From Octopus bimaculoides (lineage: Eukaryota): a DNA stretch of 64,000 bases. Shown piece by piece: positions 11,973 to 25,794 of the stretch. Made by a program: the position numbers and the translations under genes. Position 1 is the stretch's first letter. Every line of letters starts with the position of its first letter. The DNA lies in NCBI RefSeq assembly GCF_001194135.2, contig NC_068991.1, positions 13,630,884 to 13,694,883 of the forward strand. Reading direction: 5' to 3'. Under the pieces are notes generated by a model. The model ran no database searches. It was not told the origin of the DNA and saw only the letters and a program-made list of their open reading frames with translations.

Positions 11973-12479
11973 AACAATATAAATTGGGAAATAAATAATT
12001 TCGTATTCACCATTTCAATTTTTACTCCGTTAATGAGGAGAAAAAATATTTAATGAAATGAAAATATTGAATATTATTGAACCATTAAATAATTAAAATT
12101 ATATCTAAATATATAGAATTCTTGAAATATAAACATTTAGTATAGAAATTAAGTCACTGAGTTCATTCTAGAATTGGTTAGAATCAAGCAAGAAAATCAC
12201 AATCACGTGGATTTAAGATGCCAAGATTTTAATACCATATGTGGTTCATTTACATTTTTAGTGAGGGAGGGGAGGAGCGTGTCTTATGATTAAAAGCAGG
12301 AAGTGATTTTCCAACTGAACACCGAGCCTAGATGCTTTGAACATCGTGACCCCGTTAAAATGCATCCAAGGTTTAGGTAGTGGACCCGCAGATGGATTAT
12401 ATATATGGCACTAGAATTCTAACCATAAAGAGTTGGAACAAATTTGGCAAATCATCTCATTTAACTACTTCAATAGTCT

Positions 12480-12622
12480 CTAACGATTGCCTCAATCACC
12501 CACCTTAGACTGGTATTTTATCGATCTTCAGATGATGAGAAATAGAGTTAACTTTGGCGAGATTTCAACTCAGTACAAAGACAGCAGAAACAAATGCAGC
12601 AAGATATCTTGTCATACGTTCT
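12480..12622 (-). mobile_element. SINE family A, old decayed copy
   Basis: actggtattttatcgatc...gttaactttggcgagatttcaactcag resembles the reverse complement of the A core. Confidence 0.5.
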
Positions 12623-12624
12623 GA

Positions 12625-12950
12625 AGCTGTTTTTGTCAACCATTTTTTATCTATGGACCCCGTGATTACTATTTTATTCTGATGGACCCCAATTTCCATT
12701 TGATGGCTAAAAATTAGATTTATAGAAACTTCTTTCAAAATTCATGTTTTGTTTTCACACTTTAACGTGTGTAGGTTGACCTGTGTAAAATGTTAGAGAA
12801 AGAAACCTAACTGCTTCTAGGGATAATGTATCTGAGCAAATTTTTATACGGACCCATAAAATACTATAGTGCACCCAATTTACTATTTTGCTTGTGTGCA
12901 CCCCACCCTCCATCTTATATATATGGACCCCCAAGAGTTATATGCTTGAA
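12625..12950 (-). mobile_element. hAT/Charlie-like non-autonomous element, decayed copy
   Basis: Collinear with the reverse complement of 46642-46999 (tcaaccatttttt.tctat...ttttattctg.tggaccc...tttcaaaattc...gttagagaaa.aaacc...caatttactatt...atatggacc). Confidence 0.75.
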
Positions 12951-13139
12951 ATGATAGTCAAATTGCTCTCAAATCAAAATCTACTGATTTAGAAAGCAAT
13001 AGGGAAAATGAGATGATGAAGTCTTGGGAGCACCATTTCCTAGGGAAAAGATGGATTCTTATTCTTTCCTGAACTGCAGACACGTTGGAGGCTTCGTGCT
13101 GAGGAGTTGTAGTCAAATACATCATCCACAGTACATATT

Positions 13140-13390
13140 TGCTCACTTGAAAATCTGCAACATATTCTGTAGATCTCTTTTAGCAAAACACTAAGTTATG
13201 GAGATGTAAATAGATAGACAGGGTACAAAGACACAAACACGGAAACATGTACTCAACGAACTGCTACAGGGTTTTCTCCAATCGAATTTAATCACTAGGA
13301 ATTGGTCTAAGATTCTGCGCAGTGAGATGGGACACGAAACCACATGGTTGCAAAGCGAGCGTTTTCACCACACGATCATCCTTGCGCCTG
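13140..13390 (-). mobile_element. SINE family B, decayed
   Basis: gaaaccacatggttgcaaagcgagc...accacacg...ccttgcgcct head, plus a tail remnant (ctaagttatggagatgtaaa). Confidence 0.55.
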
Positions 13391-13975
13391 AATGATGACA
13401 AAGAAAACGTATTTCAGCATAAATCTGCTTAGTAAGAGCTGACATGGAGTTAGGACTTAACAACATGAAAACCAACACACCGCTAGATTCTGGGTAGATT
13501 GCGTAATTTAGCGAATTAGCACTAAATCTCCTTCAAATGACATCTTACATTCATAGGAGAGGAAACGTTAAATAACGTAATGATGGTTTTCCTCTGCATT
13601 GGAAAAGTTTGAAATGGTAACGAATAGAATTATAGAGGGAATGTTCAAGACAAGAGAGAGAGAGAAAAAGAAGAAAAACGGGAGAAAGAAAGGAGCCAGG
13701 AAAGAAATTTGTGTATGAGATCAAAAGATATATAATGATAAAAATGTCGGTAAATGAAGGTAAGTAGCCGAATTTGATTGAGAGGAAGTTGCTGAAACTT
13801 ATGAATAGATGAAGAAGAAAGGGAAACATATTGAAAGACTTGATTTAGTATGGACGAAAGAAAATGAGTTGGTGAGTAAAACGAAGGCAAAATGAATCAT
13901 AAGAAAAGGGAACAATGCTTGGGGCAAAGCTTTATGAATTGAGGCTGAAATAAGCTCCGTCCTTTCGACAGGTAC

Positions 13976-14047
<72 letters not shown>

Positions 14048-14060
14048 ACTATCTATCTAT

Positions 14061-14253
14061 CTGAAAGAAGCCGGTCGTATATATGTATATATATATTTAT
14101 ATATGTATGTGTGTGTATATGTGTTTGTGTGTATGAGTTTTTCTCCCCCAACATCGCTTGACAACCGATGCTGGTGTGTTTACGTCCCCGTAACTTAGCA
14201 GTTCGGCAAAAGAAACCGATAGAATAAGTACTAGGCTTACAAAGAATAAGTCC
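14061..14253 (+). mobile_element. SINE family B, middle and 3' part
   Basis: ctgaaagaagccggtcgtata...catcgcttgacaaccgatgctggtgtgtttacgtccccgtaacttagc...gaataagtcc. Confidence 0.9.
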
Positions 14254-15092
14254 ACACGTACACACACACATAGACACACATATGTATATGTATATGTGGG
14301 TATGTGTGTGTGTGTTTGTGAGCGTTTGAGGGTATGTATATATTACACACAAATTCACACACACATACACACAAACATAACACATTGATAAGGTTCAATC
14401 AATAAATATGAAGTATTATTCCAGACGTTTCATGGATTCTCCATGTGTGTCTTGATCGATGTTTTATTACATTTTCTGCATTCACGTCGATACCTGGAGT
14501 GAAAAACGTGTGCTGGGCGGTGTCGCTGCTTTAGTGTGTAATGGGTTGAATAAATTGGTTAGTGTAGCAATGAAGGGTTGACGAGAACTGATGGGACATG
14601 TGTGTCAGATGGAACTGGTTCAATATGGTGTGTAATTAGATATGCCAGTGGAGCAGAGAACGTCGTGTAATAGCGACAGAATAGGAAGAAAGACATAGAA
14701 AATGGAAGAGATAGAGGGGACAGAGGGAAAGGGAGAAGGGGGAGAATAGAAAGGGCGGGAGAGTGAGAAGACAGAATGTCTAAAGACCAGCGTTTATAAC
14801 TGGAGCATATTGCTGAATGGTTAAAGCATTACATTTTCTAATTAAACGTATTCGTTAATTTTTAATGAAAAAAATTTCATGATGGTGCTAAACTGCTTTT
14901 CTATTAAACTTTTTACCCCAGTAGCTCGTCATATAATGTATGTATGTAGGTATGTATATATGTATGTATGTGCGTGTTTGTGTGTGTATTTATATACAAA
15001 TATATTCGTTGAATGTATAATGAAAAATTCCATGATGTTACACCATTTTTCTATTATTTTACCCCATTATTTCGTCATATAATATCTCTCTC

Positions 15093-15149
<57 letters not shown>

Positions 15150-15449
15150 ATGTATATATATATTNNNNNNNNNNNNNNNNNNNNNNNNNNNNNNNNNNNN
15201 NNNNNNNNNNNNNNNNNNNNNNNNNNNNNNNNNNNNNNNNNNNNNNNNNNNNNNNNNNNNNNNNNNNNNNNNNNNNNNNNNNNNNNNNNNNNNNNNNNNN
15301 NNNNNNNNNNNNNNNNNNNNNNNNNNNNNNNNNNNNNNNNNNNNNNNNNNNNNNNNNNNNNNNNNNNNNNNNNNNNNNNNNNNNNNNNNNNNNNNNNNNN
15401 NNNNNNNNNNNNNNNNNNNNNNNNNNNNNNNNNNNNNNNNNNNNNNNNN

Positions 15450-15482
<33 letters not shown>

Positions 15483-16378
15483 TAGCAGACACACGTTTTC
15501 CTTCTAATCTTTTCAGATTTATTTCTTGCATCAGAAATGATGATCTAATCATTCTAATAGCATCAGTTTAATTAAACTGTGTTGTTTACTACGATTCATG
15601 ATGTGTTGTCGGTTGCTGTTATCAATATTTCTGTTCTGGTTATATCAATCCAAGCACTATTTTCGTAAATCGATTACGATGTGCTCAAACATTTTTCTCG
15701 CTCTCTTACATTGCGATTACAAGCGCGTTTTAACTTTTCAGTATTTTGATTTTGCAGCTACTGTTGTTGATGTTGTTGTTAGTGCTGTTGCTACAGCTGT
15801 TGTTGTTGTTTATTTTTGATATCCTTGATTGGAATTATATAATTTTAACGAAGTGGTGGTAAAGCAATGTATCCAAAGACGTAACTTCCGTCTACCACCA
15901 ACACGCGAGACTCCAACGCCTTCTCCTTGTCTCAACGAGACACGTTACTCGTTATAAGGGTTCGACGAATTCACCTTTTACTCACACATTGTTGTTAATA
16001 TCTATCACCACAGCATTATTACGCGGCCACTATTAATTACCGGGTCGAATAAACTATGTATATACACAGACAAATATACAAGCTAATGTTCAGGGATTCT
16101 CCATTTGAGTTTCCTCGACGGAACATATGCAAGTTTATACATATGGAATGGTCAGACAGAGACCACACTTTAACAATCCGACAGGAACATACACGTTAAC
16201 AGTAATGACGTGGATACACTTGTGTTCTACGTGACACGCACGTTCATTACGTAACTTCAAATTTATCGATAGGCACATATTCTCTCTTTTTTACTCTTTT
16301 ACTTGTTTCAGTCTAGTAATTTCGTATTTTCCTAAGATATTAGCCCACGTTCATGCCTGGAAGTTTGTGAATGAATCA

Positions 16379-16413
<35 letters not shown>

Positions 16414-16849
16414 NNNNNNNNNNNNNNNNNNNNNNNNNNNNNNNNNNNNNNNNNNNNNNNNNNNNNNNNNNNNNNNNNNNNNNNNNNNNNNNNNNNNNNN
16501 NNNNNNNNNNNNNNNNNNNNNNNNNNNNNNNNNNNNNNNNNNNNNNNNNNNNNNNNNNNNNNNNNNNNNNNNNNNNNNNNNNNNNNNNNNNNNCGACGGA
16601 AATCAAAAACATCCAAAACATTTACTAATGTCAAAAATTTGCTGACATTTTCGTTCACATTTTTTCTTTCATTTCAAAATATTTTAAATGATTCTTGCGC
16701 TCTTGACATCCAAGCCGCTGTTGTTGGTACTTCGCCTGCTGCTTTCTTGTTACTCTTGTTGTTCAGGTTATTGTTGTTGTTGTTGTTGCTGTTTGTTGTT
16801 GCTCTAAAGGCTTTAGATTACTGTATTTCTTTTTTAAATTCTGGATAAG

Positions 16850-17215
16850 TAACTTCGATGCAATATCGATACGAATGTGTTTTGACATCTCCTATCTTTG
16901 ATCTTGAACTTGTTCCAGTCATTGAAGTGCAGCCGCGGACGAGCACTGCCTTCAAGGATTTTATTCCAGGAATGAGAAACCTTTTCCAGCAAGCAGACTG
17001 CGTGAGATATGACCATTAAGCTCTTCAAATGTCTTGAGTGATATTTGAGGGAGATTTTGCTTCTATTTCTTGTACATCGAGTGACTGAGTAAATATTCCA
17101 ACATTGATTTATTGTGACCACGTTATATCTTCCGAAATTTCGCTCATGTCTATTCTCATAATTGCAGACCTGGAAACACTGTCGTAATCCATGAACACGA
17201 TGTTCTCTAATGATA
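16850..17215 (-). mobile_element. Decayed RTE-like RT fragment
   Basis: Frameshifted minus frames IVFMDYDSVSRSAIMR and RCTRNRSKISLK resemble FxDxxKAFDSV and RGVRQGDxISPK. Confidence 0.35.
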
Positions 17216-17984
17216 ACGAAAACTGGAATGATTACACCTAACTAATCCGTTATTATCCAGTCATGGTATAATGAGACAATAATCCGAGTACACACACACA
17301 CACACACACNNNNNNNNNNNNNNNNNNNNNNNNNNNNNNNNNNNNNNNNNNNNNNNNNNNNNNNNNNNNNNNNNNNNNNNNNNNNNNNNNNNNNNNNNNN
17401 NNNNNNNNNNNNNNNNNNNNNNNNNNNNNNNNNNNNNNNNNNNNNNNNNNNNNNNNNNNNNNNNNNNNNNNNNNNNNNNNNNNNNNNNNNNNNNNNNNNN
17501 NNNNNNNNNNNNNNNNNNNNNNNNNNNNNNNNNNNNNNNNNNNNNNNNNNNNNNNNNNNNNNNNNNNNNNNNNNNNNNNNNNNNNNNNNNNNNNNNNNNN
17601 NNNNNNNNNNNNNNNNNNNNNNNNNNNNNNNNNNNNNNNNNNNNNNNNNNNNNNNNNNNNNNNNNNNNNNNNNNNNNNNNNNNNNNNNNNNNNNNNNNNN
17701 NNNNNNNNNNNNNNNNNNNNNNNNNNNNNNNNNNNNNNNNNNNNNNNNNNNNNNNNNNNNNNNNNNNNNNNNNNNNNNNNNNNNNNNNNNNNNNNTGTGT
17801 GTAACGATGCAATGTCCAGTACGAGATTTAATTTGATACCTATCGGTTCGTACCCGACGATGTGTCGACGAAGCAGATTACATAATGGATTATGGAGTAA
17901 TTGCACTTATAATATGGCTTTTTATATGCTTCAGATACGCGTGTTGTGCTTAACGGCATTTATCCATTCTTCTTCTATACTTAG

Positions 17985-18009
17985 GTTTATTCGCCGCATA
18001 CTGTGCAAC
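17985..18009 (+). CDS. Candidate 25-nt micro-exon
   Basis: Branch-point-like cttaac at 17949-17954, pyrimidine tract ttatccattcttcttctatacttag, donor AAC|GTAAGT; all three frames open. Confidence 0.35.
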
Positions 18010-18352
18010 GTAAGTTGCTGTATATAATCTTGTGTTGTGTTGCGCTTTATCATCTTATAAAGATTACTAATTTGAATCTGATATGTGACGAAGTGTATCT
18101 GGTAAAACGTTTCGTTGATCGATTATTCTTTTTTTCGAGTGTCCTCTACAACCCATACGTATGTTTGATGCTAACAAACTTTGCACCATGTTCTACAGGC
18201 TCCTACGCACACACATTCGCACACACACACACACACGCAGAAATACACACACACAGAAACACACGCACATACACACACAGAGAAACACACAGAGACAGGA
18301 ACACACACATACATATCTAGATATGTATGTATATATATATGTGTGTGCGCGC

Positions 18353-18386
<34 letters not shown>

Positions 18387-18414
18387 GTGTATGTGTGTGT
18401 ATGTAAGTGCAAAC

Positions 18415-18536
18415 TTGGCTGCATGGTAAGAAGCTTGCTTCCCAACCACACGGTTCCGGGTTTATTACCACTGCGTGACATTTAGGGCCGACCAAAGACT
18501 TGAGAGTGGATTTGGTGGGCGGAAAGCAAAAGAATC

Positions 18537-18541
<5 letters not shown>
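18415..18541 (+). mobile_element. SINE family B, 5' half ending at (TG)n
   Basis: ggctgcatggtaagaagcttgcttcccaaccac...gggccgaccaaag..ttgagagtggatttgg. Confidence 0.85.
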
Positions 18542-18573
<32 letters not shown>

Positions 18574-18834
18574 TATTTATAGAATACTCAGGAGTTAAAT
18601 GTGCTTGCTGCTAGGAGCAAATATGCTTGATGATAATTTATGAGAAAGTTGGAGTAACCCCTATGTCTCAAAAGTAAAATAAAACCCCTCTGATTGTGTG
18701 ATGTGCCAATAAAAAGACCTTTGCATAAGAATGTAACGAAATGGAAACGCTCAGTCACACATTGAAATACATGTACTAATATACAAAGATGTACAACCAA
18801 CGTAAGTCTATTTAAAGCAGTATTTAAGTAGAAA

Positions 18835-19228
18835 AAGGCAGTGAAATGGCAGAATCGTTAGCATGTCGGGGAAAGTGCTTAGCGGTATTTCGTCTGCCAC
18901 TATGTTCTGAGTTCGAATTCCATCGAGGTCGACTTTGCCTTTCATCATTTTGGGGTCGATAAATTAAGTACCAGTTGAGTATTGGGATCGATGAGATCGA
19001 CTATTCCCCTCCCTCTCCCCCAATTTCAGGCCTAGTGCAGTATCGTAAATACGCCGCAGAAAATGCTTAGCGGCAGTTCGTCTGTCTACGTTCAAATGGC
19101 GATGAGGTCGGCTTTACCTTTCATCCTTCCGGAGTCGATAAAATAAGTACCAGTCGAATACTGGGGTCGATATAATCAATTAGCCATCTCCCCCAAAATT
19201 TCAGATCGTGTACCTTTAGTAGAAAATT
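18835..19228 (+). mobile_element. Two head-to-tail SINE A copies
   Basis: Core ctttgcctttcatc...gtcgataaa.taagtaccag occurs twice (about 18932-18975 and 19112-19155). Confidence 0.85.
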
Positions 19229-20399
19229 GAATTGAAAAGGCACAATCAGATGTTTAGAAAGCAGAATAACTTAAAAGGCGTTAACATTACAAAAGACTGT
19301 GCGGTGACGGTGAATGACATTAAACTCCTCTAGATTTTTGAAATCTTGAACAAGAGTCTCACCAGCTGATGCAGTTTAATGTATTGCTCAGGACAATTGT
19401 ACTATAATTTCTCAATCGTTGGCCATACAATTACAGTCCTTCAGCTACAGAACATAAAACTAAAATGGACAAGCAGACTTATAGTTGATAACAATTCTCC
19501 CTTATATAAAATCTGATAAAAGGCGAGATTAACTGTAGAAGATTATCAATAATAATATAAATATAAAAGCCGAAAAATCAACTGAAATACAACGCACATA
19601 AAATAAGTTCCGAAATTAATCTGAATTATATGTCCGATGTATGAATTTGAATTATGAAGTTTACAACTTCCATGATTACATAGAAATGTTTATATTGCAT
19701 TGCTTGTCTGAAGTACATTCTATAGTTTCTCGGTTTGTAGCTTCATAACGATGACAAGCTTTCTAATTTAGAAGATGCGACGAAAATCTTATTGAAACGT
19801 TAATGGACATAGTGAAGTTATTGTTCCAAACTGAACATAAAGAACTATTAAGGGAATCTGAAAAATCATGAATAAAAATGATTTAACTAAAAGACAGTCG
19901 TGTCTTCAATGTAGAACAACATATACACGCATATATACATTTGCATGTATATATATATATATGTGTGTGCGTGCGTGCGTGCATGTGCGTAACTATTTAT
20001 GTTCATATTCATATGTATACATATATATATATACATACATNNNNNNNNNNTATATATATATACATACATACAAATATATATGTGTTGTGTGTGTGTGCGT
20101 GCATGTGTGCTATTTACGTTCATATTCGCATGTATACATATATATATACATACATACATATATGTATGTGTGTGTGTGTGTGTATATATATGTATGTGTG
20201 TTTGTGTGTATTCTTATAGTTAGCAGTGCGTTTCTGCGTGACGTTTATATATAAATTTGACGTAAATCGTTATTTTTAGAACGAAGAAAAACCGAAATCA
20301 ATACCATAGAAGAAATATTTAATACATTGGTTATGAATGCAGTTTATGATTTTCTCTTAACCAGATTTCAATGTTTCTGACCACGAAAAATGCTCATAC

Positions 20400-20915
20400 G
20401 CGGATGGTTGGTGAAAAGAATACCTCCCCAGTCTGCTTTATATCCGTGGTATGCCACTTGATAACGTGGCCATCTTTCTTTTTCTGCACGGACGTTCAGA
20501 GAAGTAGACGTTTTCCTTTCTCTCTTCTGTATTTTCGCTTTTTAAAGAAAATATTTCTCTCAGCCTTCACTATTTTCGTCCCATTCTGGTCTAACGAACC
20601 TCCATGTTTGTTTTCGTTCGGCTTCCTTGTATATCTCCACTGTCCTGTTTTTGTTCCCAACTTTGCCATTCCGTAAATCCTCAATTTTATTTTGAAATTT
20701 ATGAGAGCAACTGTCTTCGAAGATCCATATTGTCGTTGAATGCTTGAAATGAGGAGTAGATAGACAGCCGACAACTGATGAAGGATCGTTCTCTGTGTTT
20801 ACTTGTCTTATTTTCCATTTTCTCTCACTCATTGCTTGCGTATTTAACTCGTTTGTTTTCTTATCTCATGTTGTTTATATAGTTGGTGACGTCCTGTACC
20901 CATATATGCATATAT
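20400..20915 (+). mobile_element. Possible Penelope-like 3' relic
   Basis: CHSVNPQFYFEIYESNCLRRSIL weakly resembles a GIY-YIG C-terminus; followed by aactgatgaagg and a pyrimidine-rich end into (TA)n; similar end at about 50690-50800. Confidence 0.25.
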
Positions 20916-21463
20916 ATAATAATAATACATATATATTATATATATATATATATATATNNNNNNNNNNNNNNNNNNNNNNNNNNNNNNNNNNNNNNNNNNN
21001 NNNNNNNNNNNNNNNNNNNNNNNNNNNNNNNNNNNNNNNNNNNNNNNNNNNNNNNNNNNNNNNNNNNNNNNNNNNNNNNNNNNNNNNNNNNNNNNNNNNN
21101 NNNNNNNNNNNNNNNNNNNNNNNNNNNNNNNNNNNNNNNNNNNNNNNNNNNNNNNNNNNNNNNNNNNNNNNNNNNNNNNNNNNNNNNNNNNNNNNNNNNN
21201 NNNNNNNNNNNNNNNNNNNNNNNNATATATATATAACATACATATAGGTATGGCTATATAAATGTATATATACATGTATATATGTGGGTATATATACATG
21301 AGCGGTATCTGCAAGGTTTCCGTCGTCTAAATTCCATTATGATACACAAATCAATTCGAGCCCCACTGCCGAGCATGTCTTTGCCGCACATTGGGTTCAA
21401 ACTACGTGAACTTCCTAATCAAATGACTATGACTATCCATATATCTTAAGGATTAACTCTTTG

Positions 21464-21655
21464 TAAGGCAGTGAGCTGACAGAATCTTTAGCGCATAGAG
21501 CAAAATTCTTATTCGCAATTCTTCTGTCTTTACGTTCCGAGTTCAAATCCTACCGAGGTCGGCTTTGCGTTTTATCCACAAGTGGGCGTTAGAAAAAGAA
21601 CCAGTTGAGCAGTGAAATCGATGTGATTGCCCGTGACAAACTTTGAAGCCAATGT
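21464..21655 (+). mobile_element. SINE family A, decayed
   Basis: taaggcagtgagctgacagaatctttagc...ctttacgttccgagttcaaatcctaccgaggtcggctttgc. Confidence 0.75.
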
Positions 21656-22622
21656 CAACCCCTTGTCCCAATACTGCAGTAATTCTACCTACAACAAATC
21701 GTGTATACAACATAATTTTTTCACATAACAATATCGCACGCAATATTTTTACAGCAGCTTATTGTTGCTATGGTACCGATATTCTTTCATGATACGAATA
21801 CAAATACATTGTGATGCAAGTATCGTGCGAAACGATAGGAATATGCTGAACGAAGTAATATTTGCTTGGAAAAATGTGGCAGATCATCTATCATAGGGAG
21901 TCTTTAGAGATTAATTCTTCAGGGAATTGCAGAATCAAGCTATGTGGTTATTTATATATACACATGCGCATATACGTACATACATACATACATACATATA
22001 TACATTCATACAAGCATGCACTCCTACATAAATATATACATGCACATATGATTGTGTGTGTAGATGTATATATATATATATANNNNNNNNNNNNNNNNNN
22101 NNNNNNNNNNNNNNNNNNNNNNNNNNNNNNNNNNNNNNNNNNNNNNNNNNNNNNNNNNNNNNNNNNNNNNNNNNNNNNNNNNNNNNNNNNNNNNNNNNNN
22201 NNNNNNNNNNNNNNNNNNNNNNNNNNNNNNNNNNNNNNNNNNNNNNNNNNNNNNNNNNNNNNNNNNNNNNNNNNNNNNNNNNNNNNNNNNNNNNNNNNNN
22301 NNNNNNNNNNNNNNNNNNNNNNNNNNNNNNNNNNNNNNNNNNNNNNNNNNNNNNNNNNNNNNNNNNNNNNNNNNNNNNNNNNNNNNNNNNNNNNNNNNNN
22401 NNNNNNNNNNNNNNNNNNNNNNNNNNNNNNNNNNNNNNNNNNNNNNNNNNNNNNNNNNNNNNNNNNNNNNNNNNNNNNNNNNNNNNNNNNNNNNNNNNNN
22501 NNNNNNNNNNNNNNNNNNNNNNNNNNNNNNNNNNNNNNNNNNNNNNNCAGCCAACAAGAGTTTTACAAATAAACCCTTCACTCACATGCGTGCTTATGTA
22601 TACACATGCATACACACACACG

Positions 22623-22659
<37 letters not shown>

Positions 22660-23049
22660 ACACACACACACACACACTCACATTCGTATACATACAATCA
22701 TGGAAGCATAAATTCACATATGGTCACATATCTTGCAACACACAGACACGCACACACACAGACACACAATCACACACATATCCATACATGTGGCATGAAC
22801 AAATTCATGTTTGGCGTGGGAGTCACTATATTGAATTCAAGGAAACCTTTCATTTCAGATCGTCGCGATATTTGTCTCAAACATGAATACGTGTATTCGA
22901 GAATCTGTACAAATGTCATGAATAGACACGATGACAACATCAATAATATCAATGAAGAACCGAAGAAGAAAGACAGCATCGGGAAAGGTAAACACAATAT
23001 AATCTGCTGCCGCTGCTGCTGCTACTGCTGTTATTGTTGTTGCTGTTTT

Positions 23050-23100
23050 AGAAGAAGAAGAAGAAGAAGAAGAAGAAGAAGAAGAAGAAGAAGAAGAAAT
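23050..23100. repeat. (GAA)n microsatellite after a (TGC/TGT) tract
   Basis: Direct reading. Confidence 0.95.
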
Positions 23101-23700
23101 CGAAGCTATAAAGTACATCTTCCTTGTAGTTATAAACTTAATGATTTTTGTAATTGTATAGTATTGCTATCAAAATGGGGGGAAAAGAGAACATGCTTCT
23201 TTTGGCTATATGAATAGAATGAAATTACAGTGACGGCTTTCAACGAGAGCTAAATTATTTCATAATGAATCAATTAATCCAGCAACGCTGTACATTTATA
23301 CGGAAGTAGAAAGTTGCCGATTGCAATTTAATTCCAGACGTGAGATTTATACGCACATAATGGTAACGGAACAACGTATTCCAGTATATAGAACAGACGT
23401 TCGTAAAGCTAAAATGGCACCGTATGCGACAATGGATCAGACGCAAAGACCACTATGTTTTTATCATCCAGTTTTAGCCAGTAATAACCAGTAAGACAAT
23501 AAGTGCACCATAAGCGATGAAAATGAAAACTAATAGTATAAGTAATTAAAAGCATTCTTCATGAAATGTTTCACACAGAGATTAATTCATTTCTGAAACG
23601 GCACCTCGAATACAGACCATATTTAACTAATAATAATGATATGTGACCTACCATGGTGAAGTTGACACTGTTTAATGATATAGGCAGAGAATATTTTCAG

Positions 23701-23776
23701 CAATGTACAATGCCTTCGTTGTGGCAAATAAATGCTTGTCTCCAGAACTTTTAAACAATATCTTGAAAACGCTAAA
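23701..23776 (+). CDS. Candidate internal exon (MYNAFVVANKCLSPELLNNILKTL)
   Basis: Acceptor atattttcag, donor AAA|GTAAGC, one open frame; several AGs just upstream weaken the acceptor. Confidence 0.2.
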
Positions 23777-24910
23777 GTAAGCTAATCGGGACAATAAAAA
23801 GGAAGATTGTCATAGATTTGGAAATAGAAAAAAAAAGAGATCGTTGATCTTCGGAATGCTATGAAATATGTAGCGGTAAATAACTAACGTAAATATATCA
23901 ATCTCTAACAGGAAGCTCTCACTCTGCATATAGACTTATTACGTTATCTGGCATTAGCAGATTCATGTTTGATACCATGGAACAAGTTTATTTACATGGC
24001 GAAGAACACGGGCCAAATGTGTGCCAGATTTTAATGCATAAATTTCATGCTGCTTTTTAAAACATTTATTATAAGATTACAGTGATTTAAACTTGAATTT
24101 GTTGCATCGTTTCAAGGTGCAACGAATTTAGATAACATTTTCTAATATTTCCTGTAATGAAACAATCGCAAGCGATATAAGCACGGATGCTTTTATGCAC
24201 CAAAAGTCCATACGAGAGGTCTTCCCATGGCAAATAACGCAGTATTCTGTGTTTTAATACAACATCCATGTGAAATAAATAGAGCGCATGCTTTAAAAAA
24301 GTTTGACTATTTATCAGGTAACTCCTGATTGGGAAGTTATCTATAACCAAATCCTCATATCAATCAAGAGCATCGGCTATATTTTACAACATTTTCTAAT
24401 AGTTTCTTAAACAGAAACAGCAAGCTATGTGATTTCAAGAAGGAAGTTTGGGTGGTATTTTTTCTCGATCACACGTGGATCAACAAGATTGGTACAAAAT
24501 CATCATTGTTTGGAACTGTCAGAGTTCTCCACAGGATTTTTGAAACATGGTCAGTAAATGAGTATCACTTTAGTCTGCTGGCTGTGGGCATCTGACACAT
24601 CATTCCATCATACCCAACAAAATAATAGTCTGAGAGGTTTCGTGAAAAAAAAGTAATAACAATATATATATATATATATANNNNNNNNNNNNNNNNNNNN
24701 NNNNNNNNNNNNNNNNNNNNNNNNNNNNNNNNNNNNNNNNNNNNNNNNNNNNNNNNNNNNNNNNNNNNNNNNNNNNNNNNNNNNNNNNNNNNNNNNNNNN
24801 NNNNNNNNNNNNNNNNNNNNNNNNNNNNNNNNNNNNNNNNNNNNNNNNNNNNNNNNNNNNNNNNNNNNNNNNNNNNNNNNNNNNNNNNNNNNNNNNNNNN
24901 NNNNNNNNNN

Positions 24911-25279
24911 TGTTCAGTCCCACTGCGTGGCACCTTGGGCAAGTGTCTTCTACTATAGCCTCGGGCCGACCAAAGCCTTGTGAGTGGATTTAGTAGACGG
25001 AAACTGAAAGAAGCCCGTCGTATATATGTATATGTATGTGTATGTATGTGTGTGTATATGTTTGTGTGTCTCTGTTTGTCCCCCCAGCATCGCTTGACAA
25101 CCGATGGTGGTGTGTTTACGTCCCCGTAACTTAGCGGTTCGGCAAAAAGAGACCGATAGAATAAGTACTAGGCTTACAAAGAATAAGTCCTGAGGTCGAT
25201 TTGTTCGACTAAAAGGCGGTGCTCCAGCATGGTCGCAGTCAAATGACTGAAACAAGTAAAAGAGTAAACAGTAAAAGAG
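24911..25279 (+). mobile_element. SINE family B, near full length (5' end lost in gap)
   Basis: gttcagtcccactgcgtggcaccttgggcaagtgtcttctac...aaacaagtaaaagagtaaa. Confidence 0.92.
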
Positions 25280-25339
25280 TATATATACATACACAATCAG
25301 TAATCAGTCAAGGCATGGAATAAAATAAGCTGAGTATTC

Positions 25340-25640
25340 GATTACTTAACGAGTTTTGTTTGTGTTAATGTTAGTTGACAGGTCGGTTTGTGTGTGTTAA
25401 TGTCATGTGATATGAGACGCGGAATTTTGAAGCTTTCTTTGAAGAAGTGATGAAGAATTAACACAACTGTTGATGTACCTGGAGTTAAGCCAAAGAGATA
25501 GTGCCAGAAATTGAGATGGAATTGGAATTTTCTCATGGGTGTAAAGGTCAAACGTGAAGAGGTGTGCACAATGACACAGCTGTCGTCGATACCAGCCTGA
25601 CTGAGAGATGACTGAGAGATGCTTCTCCAGATAAGCTGTT
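25340..25640 (-). mobile_element. Possible Penelope-like RT relic
   Basis: Frameshifted GIDDSCVI...YTHE...QFLAL...QRK resembles the PLE RT pattern YIDD...FTxE...FLD...YRK. Confidence 0.3.
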
Positions 25641-25794
25641 CTTCAGATGCTTTGATTGATAATGTTATCGTAGATGAAGCTGTGAGTTTTAACGTTAAGG
25701 GGTTAGCTGAAAAATATTGATTTCAAAGGGAAACCTCTTACAATGTCTGAAAGTGAGATTGAAAGAAAATGAAAGTAACCTCGATGTCACTGGC

